A stretch of 63,860 bases of DNA, the filler included, from Elsinoe ampelina (taxonomy: Eukaryota), in assembly GCA_010093995.1 (NCBI GenBank). It is 3 parts of 3 records of this genome, joined end to end, with 100 filler letters (N's around TTAATTAATTAA, not from the genome) between each part and the next. Parts side by side here need not be neighbours in the genome. Positions count along the whole stretch, not along the records: positions 1 to 29,099 come from ML992555.1; 2 more parts are not named here. The stretch is one strand, 5' to 3'. Under the pieces are notes generated by a model. That model searched no databases and was not told the DNA's origin. It was given only the letters and a program-made list of their open reading frames with translations. Of the stretch, positions 14,301-26,310 are shown piece after piece. How positions within the stretch are numbered: the first letter of the stretch is position 1; each line of letters begins with the position of its first letter. The translations under genes and the position numbers were made by a program.

Positions 14301-15233
14301 ATCAAGCTGCAGCTGCATACCCCTGCTTGTACAGAACGCGGCGTACCTCTGCACGTTTGTCTTGTGGCTATCTCCCACCCGAGTCCGTGTCTTTTTGGAG
14401 CAATTGGCCGTGTCAACCAGATGATTGGCTCCCCCCCGATGCACCCCATGACTCGGAGTCGGTCCTTGTCGTGTGGCTCTCCCGTCCGTGCAACCCTCTG
14501 TCGACGACGCTGGGCGGGAACGAACACGTTACGGAAGTTACCCTTTTTTCGCTTGGCCAGTCCCGACCAAAGGCCCACCGGCACCAGTGGATCGTCCAAG
14601 CGGACATCAGAGACTCGAGCTTCTGCGTTATGTCAATCAACGTGACAAGGAAAGCACCATCGAACCCTCTTTTGAGACCCAAGGCTCCATGCGTCCCTTG
14701 GGGGAAGGCTTGCCTTTCAAACTTACGGACTGCCATTTAGATTTCTTCCAACAACCTCGAACCATTGAGCCGTCAACTTTGCCACAGTGAACCCACAACA
14801 AATGGGCTGACACTCCTGGGAACCCACTTCCATACACCTCGTCCCTTGCTGTACCAGACATTCGTTCATATTTGCTTTCTTCTTACTTCCACAAAGAAAG
14901 AAATCGTATCGCCCACCGGTTCACTGTAAATTGCTTTGGCTCTTGCTTTCCGGTACGCTGGTTAGTTACTTTCGGCAGAAACTCCGGACCTTGACCTGGG
15001 CGTTGGCAGAGGCTCTGGACTATCAATATTAATCACCGTCTTGCTTGACCAATTTTTCCGCCCTCAAATTCGAAAGTCACGACCGCATCAAAGTTGGAAG
15101 TCACGATTGCTTCCTGCTGGACAGGCAACATCCACTTGGACCGGTCGACAAGTCTCAAGGTTAGCCCATGTCTGTCTATTGAGAAGCACGCGACCCTTCT
15201 CTTTCCTATCCATCTCCATCATCTGAGCGTGCC

Positions 15234-17945
15234 ATGCAGGCATCGCCGCCGGGGTACCCAGTCCCCTCTTCCATGGGCCATCACCATGCCAACTCTACAC
15301 CACCGGGCCATCATCACTCCCCCATGGCGACACTGAACACGCCCGCCTTCGGGGGTCTGCCACCTCCGCCGCCTAATCACCTTCCTCCACCGCACGTGAT
15401 GGCTGGTCCATCTCCTGGTCTTCACGACGTGCGGATGTCGGATGGTATGCATGGAGGTTCACGAACGCCCCCTTCACATGCTTCGGTTGCGGCGCTGTCG
15501 CCTCAGAAACGCGCATATCGACAACGACGCAAGGACCCGAGCTGTGACGCTTGTCGGGAGAGGAAGGTCAAGGTACATCTATCTCTAAGAATGCGTGGTG
15601 CACGGGCTAACGAAGGCAGTGTGATGCCACAGATGCTTCCAGCTGTTCCGAATGCTCCAGCCGTAGTGTGAAATGCCAATTCACCAAGGAGACCAATCGG
15701 CGCATGTCATCCATGAAGTAAGGCAGAATCTTCTCGATTGCAGAGACGCACTCGCTGATCAATTTCTCATAGGCAAGTTCAAGATCTCGAGCGTCAGCTT
15801 CATCAAGCCAAACAACAAATTTCTCAACTCAAAGGTATGATCTCAGACAGTGGACCGCCTTCGACACAATCCTCTGGAACTCCCACATTAACCCTGCCCG
15901 AAAACAACCAAGTCCGGGATCGAAGCACTTTTCCACGCGCTACGGGTAATTTCTTCAAGGTCCGCCGGAACATCCGGAATTATGGCCGTGGAGTCTTCAA
16001 ACCTCCTCACGCGTATCGGACCCCTGGGATCCAGCATTTGTGCCCTGATGGGGGTCCACCTCTTCCATCCCGACATGTCACCGAGCACCTTCTTGCTCAG
16101 TACAAAGCGCATTTACATCCGTTCCAGCCGGTGTTGCACTGGCCGACATTCCAGAACGAAGTTGATGACGTTTATCGTGCCGGGTCTTTCAGGGGTGTAC
16201 GAAAAGCATGGATTGGTGTATTCTTCGCCGTCATGGCTTGCGCAACTTTAATCACAGATGAGCGGCAGTATGCGCAGGATGCTCTGGGCTACATCGAGTT
16301 CGCGACTCAGCAGGTCAACACACTTTCGGATGAAATCACGATCGACCATGCAAGGACTGCACTAATGACTAGCTTGTATTTCATGGAAACGAATCGCAGG
16401 TCTGCTGCGTGGGTGTGGCTAGGGGCTGCCTTGAGAACTGCGCAGGAGTCTGGACTTCATCTGGAGCAACCGAACGTTAGCCCTATGCAAGCAGAATTAA
16501 GGAAGCGCACGTGGTGGGCGATTTACAACTGGGATAGGCTATGTTCTCTCGAGCTAGGTCAGTCTCTGGACGGAGCGGACCCGGACACCGAGGTTGGCGA
16601 GCCAACACCCATCGACGACGACTACATGAAGCCTGATGGATTTCACTCTCTGGAGACGGGTCTTAAGACGCCAAACAATCTGCTTGCGCTCATCCCTGTG
16701 GTCCGTCTCATTCATCAGCTCAAGAAGACACTCAAGCAGCGCACCATCAGTCCATCAACGTTGAAAATCTACGACGATCACTTCAATTCGATCATGGATT
16801 CGTACCCCGATCCATTCCCAATTGGCTCTACCACTCCACTGGACCCATTCTATCTCCATCCAGCGCTGGCGCTTCAGATTTGCAGAATGATGCTCTACAG
16901 GCACAACTTGACACCAGCATGTCGACCACAAGACAGGCAAGAGGCACTGGCAAGGTGTGTACAGGTCGCCAAGGACACAGCCCATTATATTTGGCGTACC
17001 ACACCTACTGCGCGTACTCAGCACGCTCGTTTGGCAATTCACCCGCCAGATGTGCACAACCCAGAATGGCAAGCTAGGATTCGACACGTGGTGCCTTCTT
17101 TCACTGTAAAACACTGGTGGCGATGCATCTTGATACTGTGTCTGACCGGCGATTATGCTCCAGCTTTGACTCTCATTGGCGCAATGAATGCTGTCGGCCA
17201 TCACAAGAAGGTCAATATAGCTTGTGGTCGCAACCTGTCTTTCTTCCTGGACCTTCTCATTCAGAAATACCAATCCGGCAGGGCGTCTGAACTCGAAAAC
17301 GACGAGGAGATGCTTGCATATGCTAGTGGAGATCTCCAGGGCAACTCTCACTGCGCGTGGGCCTGGGTCGGCAGCGATGGCTCATCGAAGGGATCTGGAC
17401 CTGCCACTTCACCAAGCCAGATGGATCCGCCCGGAGAGACCTATGATCACGAAGCTACTGTTGTTCAGCCGGTGCTATTGACTGACGAGGAAGAGCGGGA
17501 GTGGGGCGGTTGGGCTAGAATCGAGGACATGGTGCGACAATTGCAATACTTTAGAGGAACACCGAACTCTGGCAGTCGGCAATCGTCGTACTACTCTTCG
17601 CCAGATGAGCAAAGGCCCGCTCAACACCACATACCGCATCAACAACCAACACCACATCAGCAGCCCCCACCTCAACACCATCAGATGCCTCCGTACCATG
17701 GACAGTCTCATACCCCTCAGCCTCAACCGACGTATCAGCAGCCTTCAGCATATCCTTACCCTTCGCCATCGTACCCCAATCATTCACCATCCGCACCACC
17801 TCAGCGCTCAGTGTATCCGCCTCCAGCACCGCCTAGTGCATCTTCGGGCACAACAGCTGTCTCGAGCCCTATGGCTGCAACACCTTCAGCAGCCTCCGTC
17901 AACTCCAATCCTGTCTCAAGGATGAGCATCAAGGACATTATTTAG
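15234..17945 (+). CDS. Zn(II)2Cys6 fungal transcription factor with Fungal_trans domain
   Basis: Spliced [31 protein letters not shown] binuclear cluster; middle-homology motif AQESGLH...[15 protein letters not shown]; two introns ~15573-15619 and ~15718-15772; P/Q-rich C-terminus. Confidence 0.93.
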
Positions 17946-19793
17946 TGACACCAACATGATAACCATACCTTTCCTGCGACTGCGACCGCGACCCTCCCAC
18001 CCAGCATCTTCAATCTTGTACTATACCCCCACCAGGATCCGACTTTCCCTTTCGTCCTGGCCCAGAACCATGAATAATGCAGTCCACAGCCAGACCGCAC
18101 CCTCCAAAAACAGTAAACCCACAGCGGTCGACACAGCGATCCAAAAGCACTCGAACCAAGCTCGCAAGCTTGCTCGATCAGTATGAAGATTTCTTAGCGT
18201 TTGATACGGAATTTGGGTAATACCGGCGAACAAGAGTCATGATGTTGTACTATACCCTACCTTCCTTATCGACACCTTTCACCCCATGATGACGTTCTTT
18301 CTTTTGTGGATGAGGGGAGGGTCTATACTGAGCAGGCTGAGGGACAAGGGAAAGAGATGGACGCGGTACACGCAGCGAAGGCTTGCGAGTATACGAGACA
18401 GGTGTCTTGTCGCGCTCTCTTCGCTTGCTTTACACCAAGGCAATACCGCCAACACAACGGATGACACTGCCACACCCTTCTACCCGGACGCTCGAAGAGA
18501 CAGAGGAGGTAATGGACCACGTAGCACGAGATTTGAACATAGCGCTTGGAAAAAGCAAAGACGTTACTACGCCTTTTTGACCGTACATGTAAAGCTTACC
18601 CGTCGTTGCCTGCTGCTTGCTTCGTCTCCTAGCCTCTTCGCGGCCGTGATATCTCCGTTCCCCCCACCCCCCTCCAGCCCCCCGGTGAGGTGTCGACCCG
18701 CGCGAGTAAGTTCGGCCCGAACTGGACCCGCGTGCCCTAAGCCATCGTTGCGTGCGGGCGGGCGGGCGGGCGATCTGGACCGGAGTCGGGACGCGGTGGG
18801 TTTCAGGGCCTTTGGAAAGGGGACTGAAGGCAAGAGGGAAATGCGCCGGGGGGGACCGTGGAGGGCCGTGATGGGCCGTGAGACATGCGAATGGGGAGAT
18901 CAGGTGGGTGACGGGGGCGATGTGGGCGACGTTAGGGCAGGCGGGTTGCGGCGCGGCGTTGGAAGGTGCAGGAGGGCTTGGGGCATTGTCGTTGTCTTTG
19001 AAGGGGTTTGGTCTGGGCGGTAGCTCATGTAGGTATGTGTCTGGCTGCTCGAAGAAGGCTGTAGATGGGGGGTGGTATCAGATCTGTCCTCGGAGTGAGA
19101 TAGTCCGCTGACCGCGAATACAGATGGGAAATACTGCTCGTCGTCCGAGAGATGGGCCGAGATTCGAGCCTCGTGGAAGTCCAGATGTGCCGGGAAGGAC
19201 ATGTGCATTTACCTCGCGAGGATATAACGTTGTGGGGCTCGAATCGGTGGAAGCTCCCACTTTGGTCGGGTACGCGGATTGCTTGTGCCGGTGAGAAGGT
19301 AGGAGGGTTTGATACGAAGTCAATTTGTCGAGATGCCAAAGTTTGATCTCCATCTCGGTGCTGCTGCGGCGGTTTTTGGGCGTGACGGGGATCAAGGTGA
19401 GACATCCCGCTGGAAGAGGGCATGTCGGCCGAGATAGGACCGTTGGGAAGCTGCCAGTGGACGGTGGTGGTGAGAGCGGTGGAGCTGCCAAGTGGCCAAG
19501 GAGGAGAGGGAGGCGAGGAGGTAGGGCTTTGAAGGGGAGACGTGGTACCGTGGGTGGTGGTGAATCAGGTCGACGAGGGTGGGAGGTGGTCACGGCACAT
19601 TTGACCGAGGGAAATGGGGACGCGCAACATGGGACAGAGGACAAGGACGACTCTGCACCAAATCTCTGCTCAGCGGGGCCAACTCGTTGCTGCCATGTCG
19701 CTGCCATATCGAGATATCGAAGCATACCTCTCTCACTCCTAGCAAGAAAGCCTACTTCTCCCTCCAAGACCTCTCAGTGTACTCGACCTTCTC

Positions 19794-21803
19794 CTACTTC
19801 TCACGCGCCGCTTTCTCCTTGCTGTTGACCACCTTCGCTCTGCCACCCTTGGGCTTCTTCTTCCCTCCCTTCTCGGGGTTCCCACCTCTCTTCGCCGCCT
19901 GCTTCTCGTGCCTCATCAGCCGCCTCGCCGCTCTCCTGGCCATCTTCTCTTCGCCTTTGCTGAATGCACCTTTTGTCGTCTCCATGCGTAAGACAGGGTA
20001 TGGCTCAATGCCATTGTACAGTGGCGGCGCCTCGTTCAGCTTGAGTCCGTTGCCGGTCTTGCCTGCGCTGACGTCCCCGTACGTTTTGAGTGAGATGAAG
20101 TCGTCCCCTGCTTTGCCAACGTCCTCGATCTTGGTCACCGGGTTGATCTCCTTTCCAATTCCGTTGGTGCTGGACGAGTTGACTTTGCGATTCCATTTCA
20201 GAATCTTGAGCATCAGGTCTTCTTGCGACTTGATCTTTCTCTGGTCTTTCGTCAAGCCATCCGATCCAACCTTTGGTGCCTGTGGCTTCTTCTTTCCTTC
20301 GTCAATGAGTTTCTCGTTACGGATGGTTCGTCTCGCGGCCAGCCATTGTCGGCGCTGCTCCCGTATATCCTTGGGTAAGTCCTTGACCGTTTTGCCTTCC
20401 CAAAGAGAGGTGTCGCAAGCATCCATGAACCGTTCTGCTTCGATCGTGGCTGGAGATTTGTGATCATCAACCCGCTTGTCCTTGCTCTGAGGTGGAGGTG
20501 CCTTCTTCGTCACCTTTATCGGTGCTTTCGTTTGGCTCGTGGCAAGCGAGGCGTCACCTACTGTGTCCACCACAAAGCTGGCGCCTTCTCCATTAGCAGG
20601 CTCAGTGGGCTTCACCTCTGCAGCCTGGATGCCGGCACTAGCCTGGTGAAGCTTGATCCGTTTCATGACAAGGTAGGTCTCCAACCGCATGCCCTTCTTC
20701 TCAGCCCTTACAGTCAACTTGGCCCTCCTATCCTCGTCCAGCTCATCCATCTCACTCAGGATCTGCTTGATCAGTGGCAGGTCCTGTGATGGGAGAGCCT
20801 TATATTCCTCCACCGTCATGCCTACCTCCTCTGCTTCCTTCTTGCTTCTCTCGGCTTCCTCTGTTTGCGACTTCTCCGTGATAGCTCGCAAGATATCATC
20901 ACTGCGACTTGTCTCGATTGCTCGAGCCCGAGCCTTGATCTCCCTCTTGACAGCTTTCGACCTCGTACGCTCCGAACCATCCTCTGGCAAAAGCGGCCTC
21001 TCCCCCGCAGCGACTCGAGCCTTGTCTTCTTCCTTCATGATCTCCATGACAGCGGCTCGCTTGATCTTCTTCTCTTCCAGCTTCTGCTTCTTGGCAGCCT
21101 CGCGCTCTGCCTTGAGCTTCTGCTCTTCTTCCATCTTGGCCTGCTGCTGAAGCTTTCTGTTCTTCTCCTTCTTCTTCTCCGGCTCCGCTGCAATCCCAGC
21201 AGCAAGACGAGCTTCGCGTTTCGCTACTCTAGCTGCCTTTTCGCGAGCATACTTCTCCCCTTTCACCGATACCTTCTTCTCCGACTTCTCGACCTTCTCT
21301 ACCACTACCGGCACCGACGCAGCTCCGACCACCGCACTCGTCGACATCTTCACCTTCTTCCCCTTCTCCCTCCCTCCCCCCTCATCCTTCTCCTCCCTCT
21401 TCCTCTTCCCCGCCTCCTTCCCCACCACCTTCTCCCCTCCCTCGCCCCCGTCCCCTACAGTCTTAATCCCATCCCCATCCCCCACACTCCCCAGCACCTT
21501 CCCAATCGTCCCCCCCTCCGGCTCCCCCCTCACAAACCTCCCGTACAACCCCCCCCTAACCACACCGTGCTCCCTCACCCCGTCCAGCGCCCCTTTCTGT
21601 CCGGTCCCCAACGCCTTGAGACTGCTGTCGAAAGCGCGCAGCCACCATTGATCCGAGACCGAGGTGTTCTTGTTCAGCCCCACACCGAGGACGTCGACTT
21701 TGCGCGAGATGAGGAGGGGTTTGGACAGAGAGTGTGGTTTGTGTGGGTGCAAGGATGTGCCCGGGATCCAGCCGTGGGAGACGAGGTAGGATGTGGCGTT
21801 CAT
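19794..21803 (-). CDS. Tma23-like nucleolar/ribosome biogenesis protein (G-patch-like N-terminus, Lys-rich)
   Basis: MNATSYLVSHGW...LSKPLLISRK..LGVG...DQWWLRAFDSSL resembles the Tma23 N-terminus; long K/E-rich body. Confidence 0.7.
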   Translation of the reverse strand: MNATSYLVSHGWIPGTSLHPHKPHSLSKPLLISRKVDVLGVGLNKNTSVSDQWWLRAFDSSLKALGTGQKGALDGVREHGVVRGGLYGRFVRGEPEGGTIGKVLGSVGDGDGIKTVGDGGEGGEKVVGKEAGKRKREEKDEGGGREKGKKVKMSTSAVVGAASVPVVVEKVEKSEKKVSVKGEKYAREKAARVAKREARLAAGIAAEPEKKKEKNRKLQQQAKMEEEQKLKAEREAAKKQKLEEKKIKRAAVMEIMKEEDKARVAAGERPLLPEDGSERTRSKAVKREIKARARAIETSRSDDILRAITEKSQTEEAERSKKEAEEVGMTVEEYKALPSQDLPLIKQILSEMDELDEDRRAKLTVRAEKKGMRLETYLVMKRIKLHQASAGIQAAEVKPTEPANGEGASFVVDTVGDASLATSQTKAPIKVTKKAPPPQSKDKRVDDHKSPATIEAERFMDACDTSLWEGKTVKDLPKDIREQRRQWLAARRTIRNEKLIDEGKKKPQAPKVGSDGLTKDQRKIKSQEDLMLKILKWNRKVNSSSTNGIGKEINPVTKIEDVGKAGDDFISLKTYGDVSAGKTGNGLKLNEAPPLYNGIEPYPVLRMETTKGAFSKGEEKMARRAARRLMRHEKQAAKRGGNPEKGGKKKPKGGRAKVVNSKEKAAREK

Positions 21804-22021
21804 TTTGGCATGGTGGTGCGAGTGGGAAAGGGTGGCTTTGGGAGGAGAGGGAAAGATGGGGAGGGAAAGAGAGGATCTTTTTTTTGGGAACGAGTGGTCT
21901 GTGCTTTTTTCGGGGATTGCGGCGAAATGGACGTGGAAAGGGATTATTTGGCGGGACTCTTTTATTGTGAAGAAGAGTTTATATGGGCATTCATATTCGA
22001 CTGTCCGACTATGTACGACAT

Positions 22022-25000
22022 CTAGGCTTTCTCCTCGGTGGTCGTGTCACTGGCCGCCTCGAGACTCACTTCACTCCCTGTCATTCCTGGTGTGCCTTCC
22101 AGACTCTCCCGTCCCTTGTCTTCCTTCGCTTTGCCTTTGCCGAATCCCAAGAAGCCAGTCGACCATGTCCTTTTGCCCCGTCCGACGTCCTCTCTGGTCT
22201 TGCCGTCCTCTGTTTCGCCTCCCAGACTGCTGACAGATGCTCCGAGGTCCTCTGTGCTTTCTTCCAGCATCTTGTCCTTCTCCGGCCGGGCTTTCTTCTG
22301 GAAGACAGGCAGGGCGAACTTGCCACTGCTGCTCTTACGGCTGAGGCGTTGCATGAATCCACCTTTGCCCACTGAGCCTGCGACGCTGCTCGTGGGTGTT
22401 GGCACCTCGGCTAGCTGGTGGCTTGGTGTGCGGTCGAGACTGGCTCGTGAGGAAGCAGCGTCTGCAGAGCTCTCTGCGGTCATGACACTGCGGCTGTCAC
22501 GAGACTTGCGGGACTGTGGCGGGGACATGTCTTCTGCTCCGAGGTAAGGAGAGTGAGATGACGAGATGGGTGTGAGCTGGTTGGGATCAGGCGTGCTCAG
22601 CGACGTAGCGGCCTCTTTGCCTTTCTTGGTCTTCTCCTTTTCTGGCTTCTCCTTCTTGCCTTCGCCGAATTGGAATAGCGACTTGAAGTCCTTGGCTGCC
22701 GGATTGAGAGCTGCTGCAGGAGTTACGGGACGTTCGATTGGAGCAGAAGGTCTTGTGCCAATGGGCGCTTGCATTGGCGGACGGAGCACGGGATCATCAT
22801 CTTCGTCTTCAGCGATGTCGAACGAGACGCCGCCTGAAGGACCGACCTGAGCTGACGGACGACGGGAAGGGTATCGACTGCCCCAAGTGCGAGGTTGTGG
22901 TTGTGGCAGACCTGATTGGCCCCAGTCTGCGCCCAGAGGAGACTGTCGATTGAGTGGACCATTCTTTGACAGAAGTGACCATGACGCAGTGTCTTCTTGA
23001 AGTGTGCGTGGTACCTCGTTGGAATGTGCCGACCCGGGTCTCGATGATCCGGGACGAGTATTTTCAGCTCCGAACATGCCTCCCCAGACATCCTTTCCGG
23101 CAAATCCCATGAAAGGACGTCGAACAGGCCGCATCTTTGCGTCCAGAGACTCTGCATCGTCAGGCTTGGGAGCACTGCCGCCAAAGCCAGATTTGAAGTT
23201 ACCGAAGAAGTTGCCCGAATGACTGCTGTTGCGCCTTTTGCCCATCTCTGGATTCTCCTCCAAGAATGCTTCCTTGGGCATGGAGTGAGATTGGAGCTTG
23301 CCAAGTGCAAGGCCATCATCCGGGAGAGTCTTGCCGCGCTGACGATTGAACTTATCCAGTCCAAGAATCTGGGCGAAGCGACTTCCCGGCGGACCTAAAC
23401 CTCCACTGACTGGTCGAATGGATCTACCAGAACGGATAGATCGGCCGTCAGTATCGACAGCAGGCTCTGGCGAATGGAAAGCAAGATTGCTTGCACTGGC
23501 TTGTGGACTCGCGAATACGCTCGGCGACCTACTACTGACAGATCCTGGACTCTGTGGTCCGTGATTCGACAGATCGGGACCAGCAATGTTCGACACACCC
23601 AGACCAGGGAGCATGTTTGCACCACCAAATGCTCCAAGGCCCGGCAGAATAGCTTCGTTAGAGTTCTGCCGCGGATCTGGCAGACCAGGAGGTGGAATGA
23701 TGTCGCGAGACGGCTCTTCATCGTCTGCATTACTGAGAAGATCGGCGGGAATGAGACCTGCTCCCACGCTCGGGCTCATCGGTGCACCGCCTGTGAGCCG
23801 CTCAACTTCGGACGAAGACATTCCAAGATCATCCCTAGGGGCGAGGAGCATGCCATTAGTGGCACTGTAAAATGCTGATGGACTGGGTCCGAATGCGTCA
23901 TGTGGAGCGGTCATATTCAGACTGTTGCCAAATGGAGCGCCAGATGTCATTGGGAAAGCAATTGAGCCGACCGGACTTGTGACAAATTGATCTGACAGAC
24001 CACGTCGTTGCCTGGTGCTGCTAGTCCTTGACACTGGCTGGAGTGGCATGAGTGGAGGAGCATTCATGAAAGCCTGTTGTCGGCTGCGTTCGTAGGCTTC
24101 CTGCACAGCTCGGTAGGCGGAGTCGCAGAATGTTTTGGCTTCTTCGAGTGCCATTGAAGCAAGGCGATATTCCTCTTCCATGCGTGCCATGTACTCCTCG
24201 AATTGACGATCTTCCTCGTCATCATCGCGATGGTAGTCATGATGCGGGTCTTCGCCGCTCGCAGGTGAGCTTGACTTTTCTCGTTCAAGCTTCTTGAACT
24301 CCTGCGATTTCTCTTTGACCTCATCTTCCAATTGCTTGAACACTTGCGCCTCATCGTCCATCTTCTGGCGGAGCTCCTGCTTCTGTCGTTCGACATCGGC
24401 CAGATAGTTTGTCTTTTTTGTCGCGCAGTCTTCAACATAGTCGTGCATCTCTTTCGATTCACGGATCCATCGATCTGTATCATCCTTGACTTTGCGCTTC
24501 TCGCTGATCTTCTGCTGCAATTGACGTTCCTGTGCAGCTCGTTTGTTCTGGGTGGCTGTGTTCTCTCGCTCGGCGGCGCTGACTTTCTTGCGCAGGTCCT
24601 TGCTGGCATTCTCCTTCTCCTTTAGAGCAGCTCGAAGTTCATCTCTTTCCTTGACTTGTTCGATTTTTGATTGATCCGCCTCTTGCTCCTCTTCCAGGAT
24701 CTGGCGCTCAGCTTCGGCAATGTCCTTCCCTATCTCTTCCAGCCTCTCGGTGAGCTGCTGCTGAGTCGCTTCCAGACCAGAACCAGTCAAGACATCTTCG
24801 ACCGTGGTATTGCTTAGAAGCTCGGGTATGAAAGTCGCAGGAGATGCTCTTCTTGGGACTATGACCCGCTTCATTGCAGAGGGACCATTACTTGTCTCCC
24901 TTGCCATAGCTGGGGCGGCGGAAGTATTCGACAAGGTATCCAATATCTTGACGGGCCGTATGATGGGTCCTGGAGCTGTACTAGCACCATCCTTTTGCTC

Positions 25001-25552
25001 TCCCACATTCTGCGCAGCTGTGTAGAAGTCATTGGTCGAAGCAGACTTTGTTCGTATACGAACAGGTTCGCTGGCGGCTTTGAAGTCATGCGAGTTTATG
25101 GCGATGATGCGGAAGACATAGTTGTGGTCGGGCAGCAGGTTCGAGATGACCAGCGAGGTGTCCAGCTGCGACACCTTGCCTCTAGTGACACCATTGACCT
25201 GTACTTCGTACCGTGTGCTTGTTTTCCGGTCATCCGCCGGCTTCCAGTGCAGTGTGACCGCATCAGCCTTGACAGCAGCAAGGTCGATGCGTGGCCCCTG
25301 AGGAACATCGAAGCCCAGATGGGTGACCAATTCATCCAAGGGCTTGATGGCAACAGCAAAGACGCGAAAGATCAACCATAGTGCTGAGAGTGCGACGCAG
25401 ACCAGGCTAGAGAAGGAACCTAGAAAGATAAAGGCGGTATTGAGCGCAAGTATAATCTGCGTCAAAATGAAGCCTGGTCGCGTGGATGGATCCGGTAGAA
25501 ACTCTGCAAAGCTGAGCCAGTGCGGCTCAGAGCTGTTCAGAGGTAATTCCAT
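22022..25552 (-). CDS. Fibronectin type III domain membrane/coiled-coil protein
   Basis: 1176-aa ORF: N-terminal hydrophobic segment, FN3 pattern (VTLHWKP...YEVQVNG...NLLPDHNYVFRIIAIN), long coiled coil, disordered tail. Start or an early intron is uncertain. Confidence 0.82.
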   Translation of the reverse strand: MELPLNSSEPHWLSFAEFLPDPSTRPGFILTQIILALNTAFIFLGSFSSLVCVALSALWLIFRVFAVAIKPLDELVTHLGFDVPQGPRIDLAAVKADAVTLHWKPADDRKTSTRYEVQVNGVTRGKVSQLDTSLVISNLLPDHNYVFRIIAINSHDFKAASEPVRIRTKSASTNDFYTAAQNVGEQKDGASTAPGPIIRPVKILDTLSNTSAAPAMARETSNGPSAMKRVIVPRRASPATFIPELLSNTTVEDVLTGSGLEATQQQLTERLEEIGKDIAEAERQILEEEQEADQSKIEQVKERDELRAALKEKENASKDLRKKVSAAERENTATQNKRAAQERQLQQKISEKRKVKDDTDRWIRESKEMHDYVEDCATKKTNYLADVERQKQELRQKMDDEAQVFKQLEDEVKEKSQEFKKLEREKSSSPASGEDPHHDYHRDDDEEDRQFEEYMARMEEEYRLASMALEEAKTFCDSAYRAVQEAYERSRQQAFMNAPPLMPLQPVSRTSSTRQRRGLSDQFVTSPVGSIAFPMTSGAPFGNSLNMTAPHDAFGPSPSAFYSATNGMLLAPRDDLGMSSSEVERLTGGAPMSPSVGAGLIPADLLSNADDEEPSRDIIPPPGLPDPRQNSNEAILPGLGAFGGANMLPGLGVSNIAGPDLSNHGPQSPGSVSSRSPSVFASPQASASNLAFHSPEPAVDTDGRSIRSGRSIRPVSGGLGPPGSRFAQILGLDKFNRQRGKTLPDDGLALGKLQSHSMPKEAFLEENPEMGKRRNSSHSGNFFGNFKSGFGGSAPKPDDAESLDAKMRPVRRPFMGFAGKDVWGGMFGAENTRPGSSRPGSAHSNEVPRTLQEDTASWSLLSKNGPLNRQSPLGADWGQSGLPQPQPRTWGSRYPSRRPSAQVGPSGGVSFDIAEDEDDDPVLRPPMQAPIGTRPSAPIERPVTPAAALNPAAKDFKSLFQFGEGKKEKPEKEKTKKGKEAATSLSTPDPNQLTPISSSHSPYLGAEDMSPPQSRKSRDSRSVMTAESSADAASSRASLDRTPSHQLAEVPTPTSSVAGSVGKGGFMQRLSRKSSSGKFALPVFQKKARPEKDKMLEESTEDLGASVSSLGGETEDGKTREDVGRGKRTWSTGFLGFGKGKAKEDKGRESLEGTPGMTGSEVSLEAASDTTTEEKA

Positions 25553-26310
25553 GGCATGCAGTCGTCAAGCATGCCATCGTCCAGTGTCCAGTGCAAATGG
25601 TGCGTGGAGTGAGCAAAATTAAATGTCTTGTCGGAGTGGAAGATGAAAGGAGCACACCGCAGGATTCGGGCCCACGGTTAAACTTGCTCGTTAAACTCTG
25701 TTTGTCAAGCCCTGTGCCCTGCAGAAGGAGGCGCAGAATCGCAGAAGCGGAGCACGGGACTGAGCGGGATGGGCGTGACGGGGCGGAGATCTGGAGGGGA
25801 GCTCTCGAGAAGAATGCATGTGTCACTGAATGCTCAAAATTCTCCTCCGTCTGATCCTCGTGGCAGCATTTGCCGGCACATGCTTCCCGTCTTGACCTCT
25901 ATTTCTGCTCCCGTCCCTCGTTGAGTGATCAATTCCGCGACACCACAAAACCTTGTTCCCTCGGTAATAGCGGCTGCTGGCTCCGACCAGGAACGTAATA
26001 AGAGCCTCCGTGGTGGAACGCTGACGTTTTTGTTCTGGGGCATCTTCCGTTGCATCGGATCAGCAGACCACTGGTCTTCAAGGATCCTCAGGTACCAGCA
26101 TCTGTCAATCGCATCTTTGCTACATTTCGGTGCAGACACCGCAGTACCAGACAGCCTCGTCAAGATCGTAATTATGATGTACTTTGGAGCACAGAACATG
26201 GAGCTGCGACATCTGTAAACACCATCCCAGCCTCGATCCGCCCAACACGAGGCCTCGCTGACCACAGCTCTCACGCCCTGGACATCTGCTCTTCATAGAC
26301 ACCCGACAGG

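Noticed and set aside
20865..22025. 386-aa Leu/Pro-rich + strand ORF
   Set aside because: Antisense shadow of the Lys/Glu-rich Tma23-like gene.
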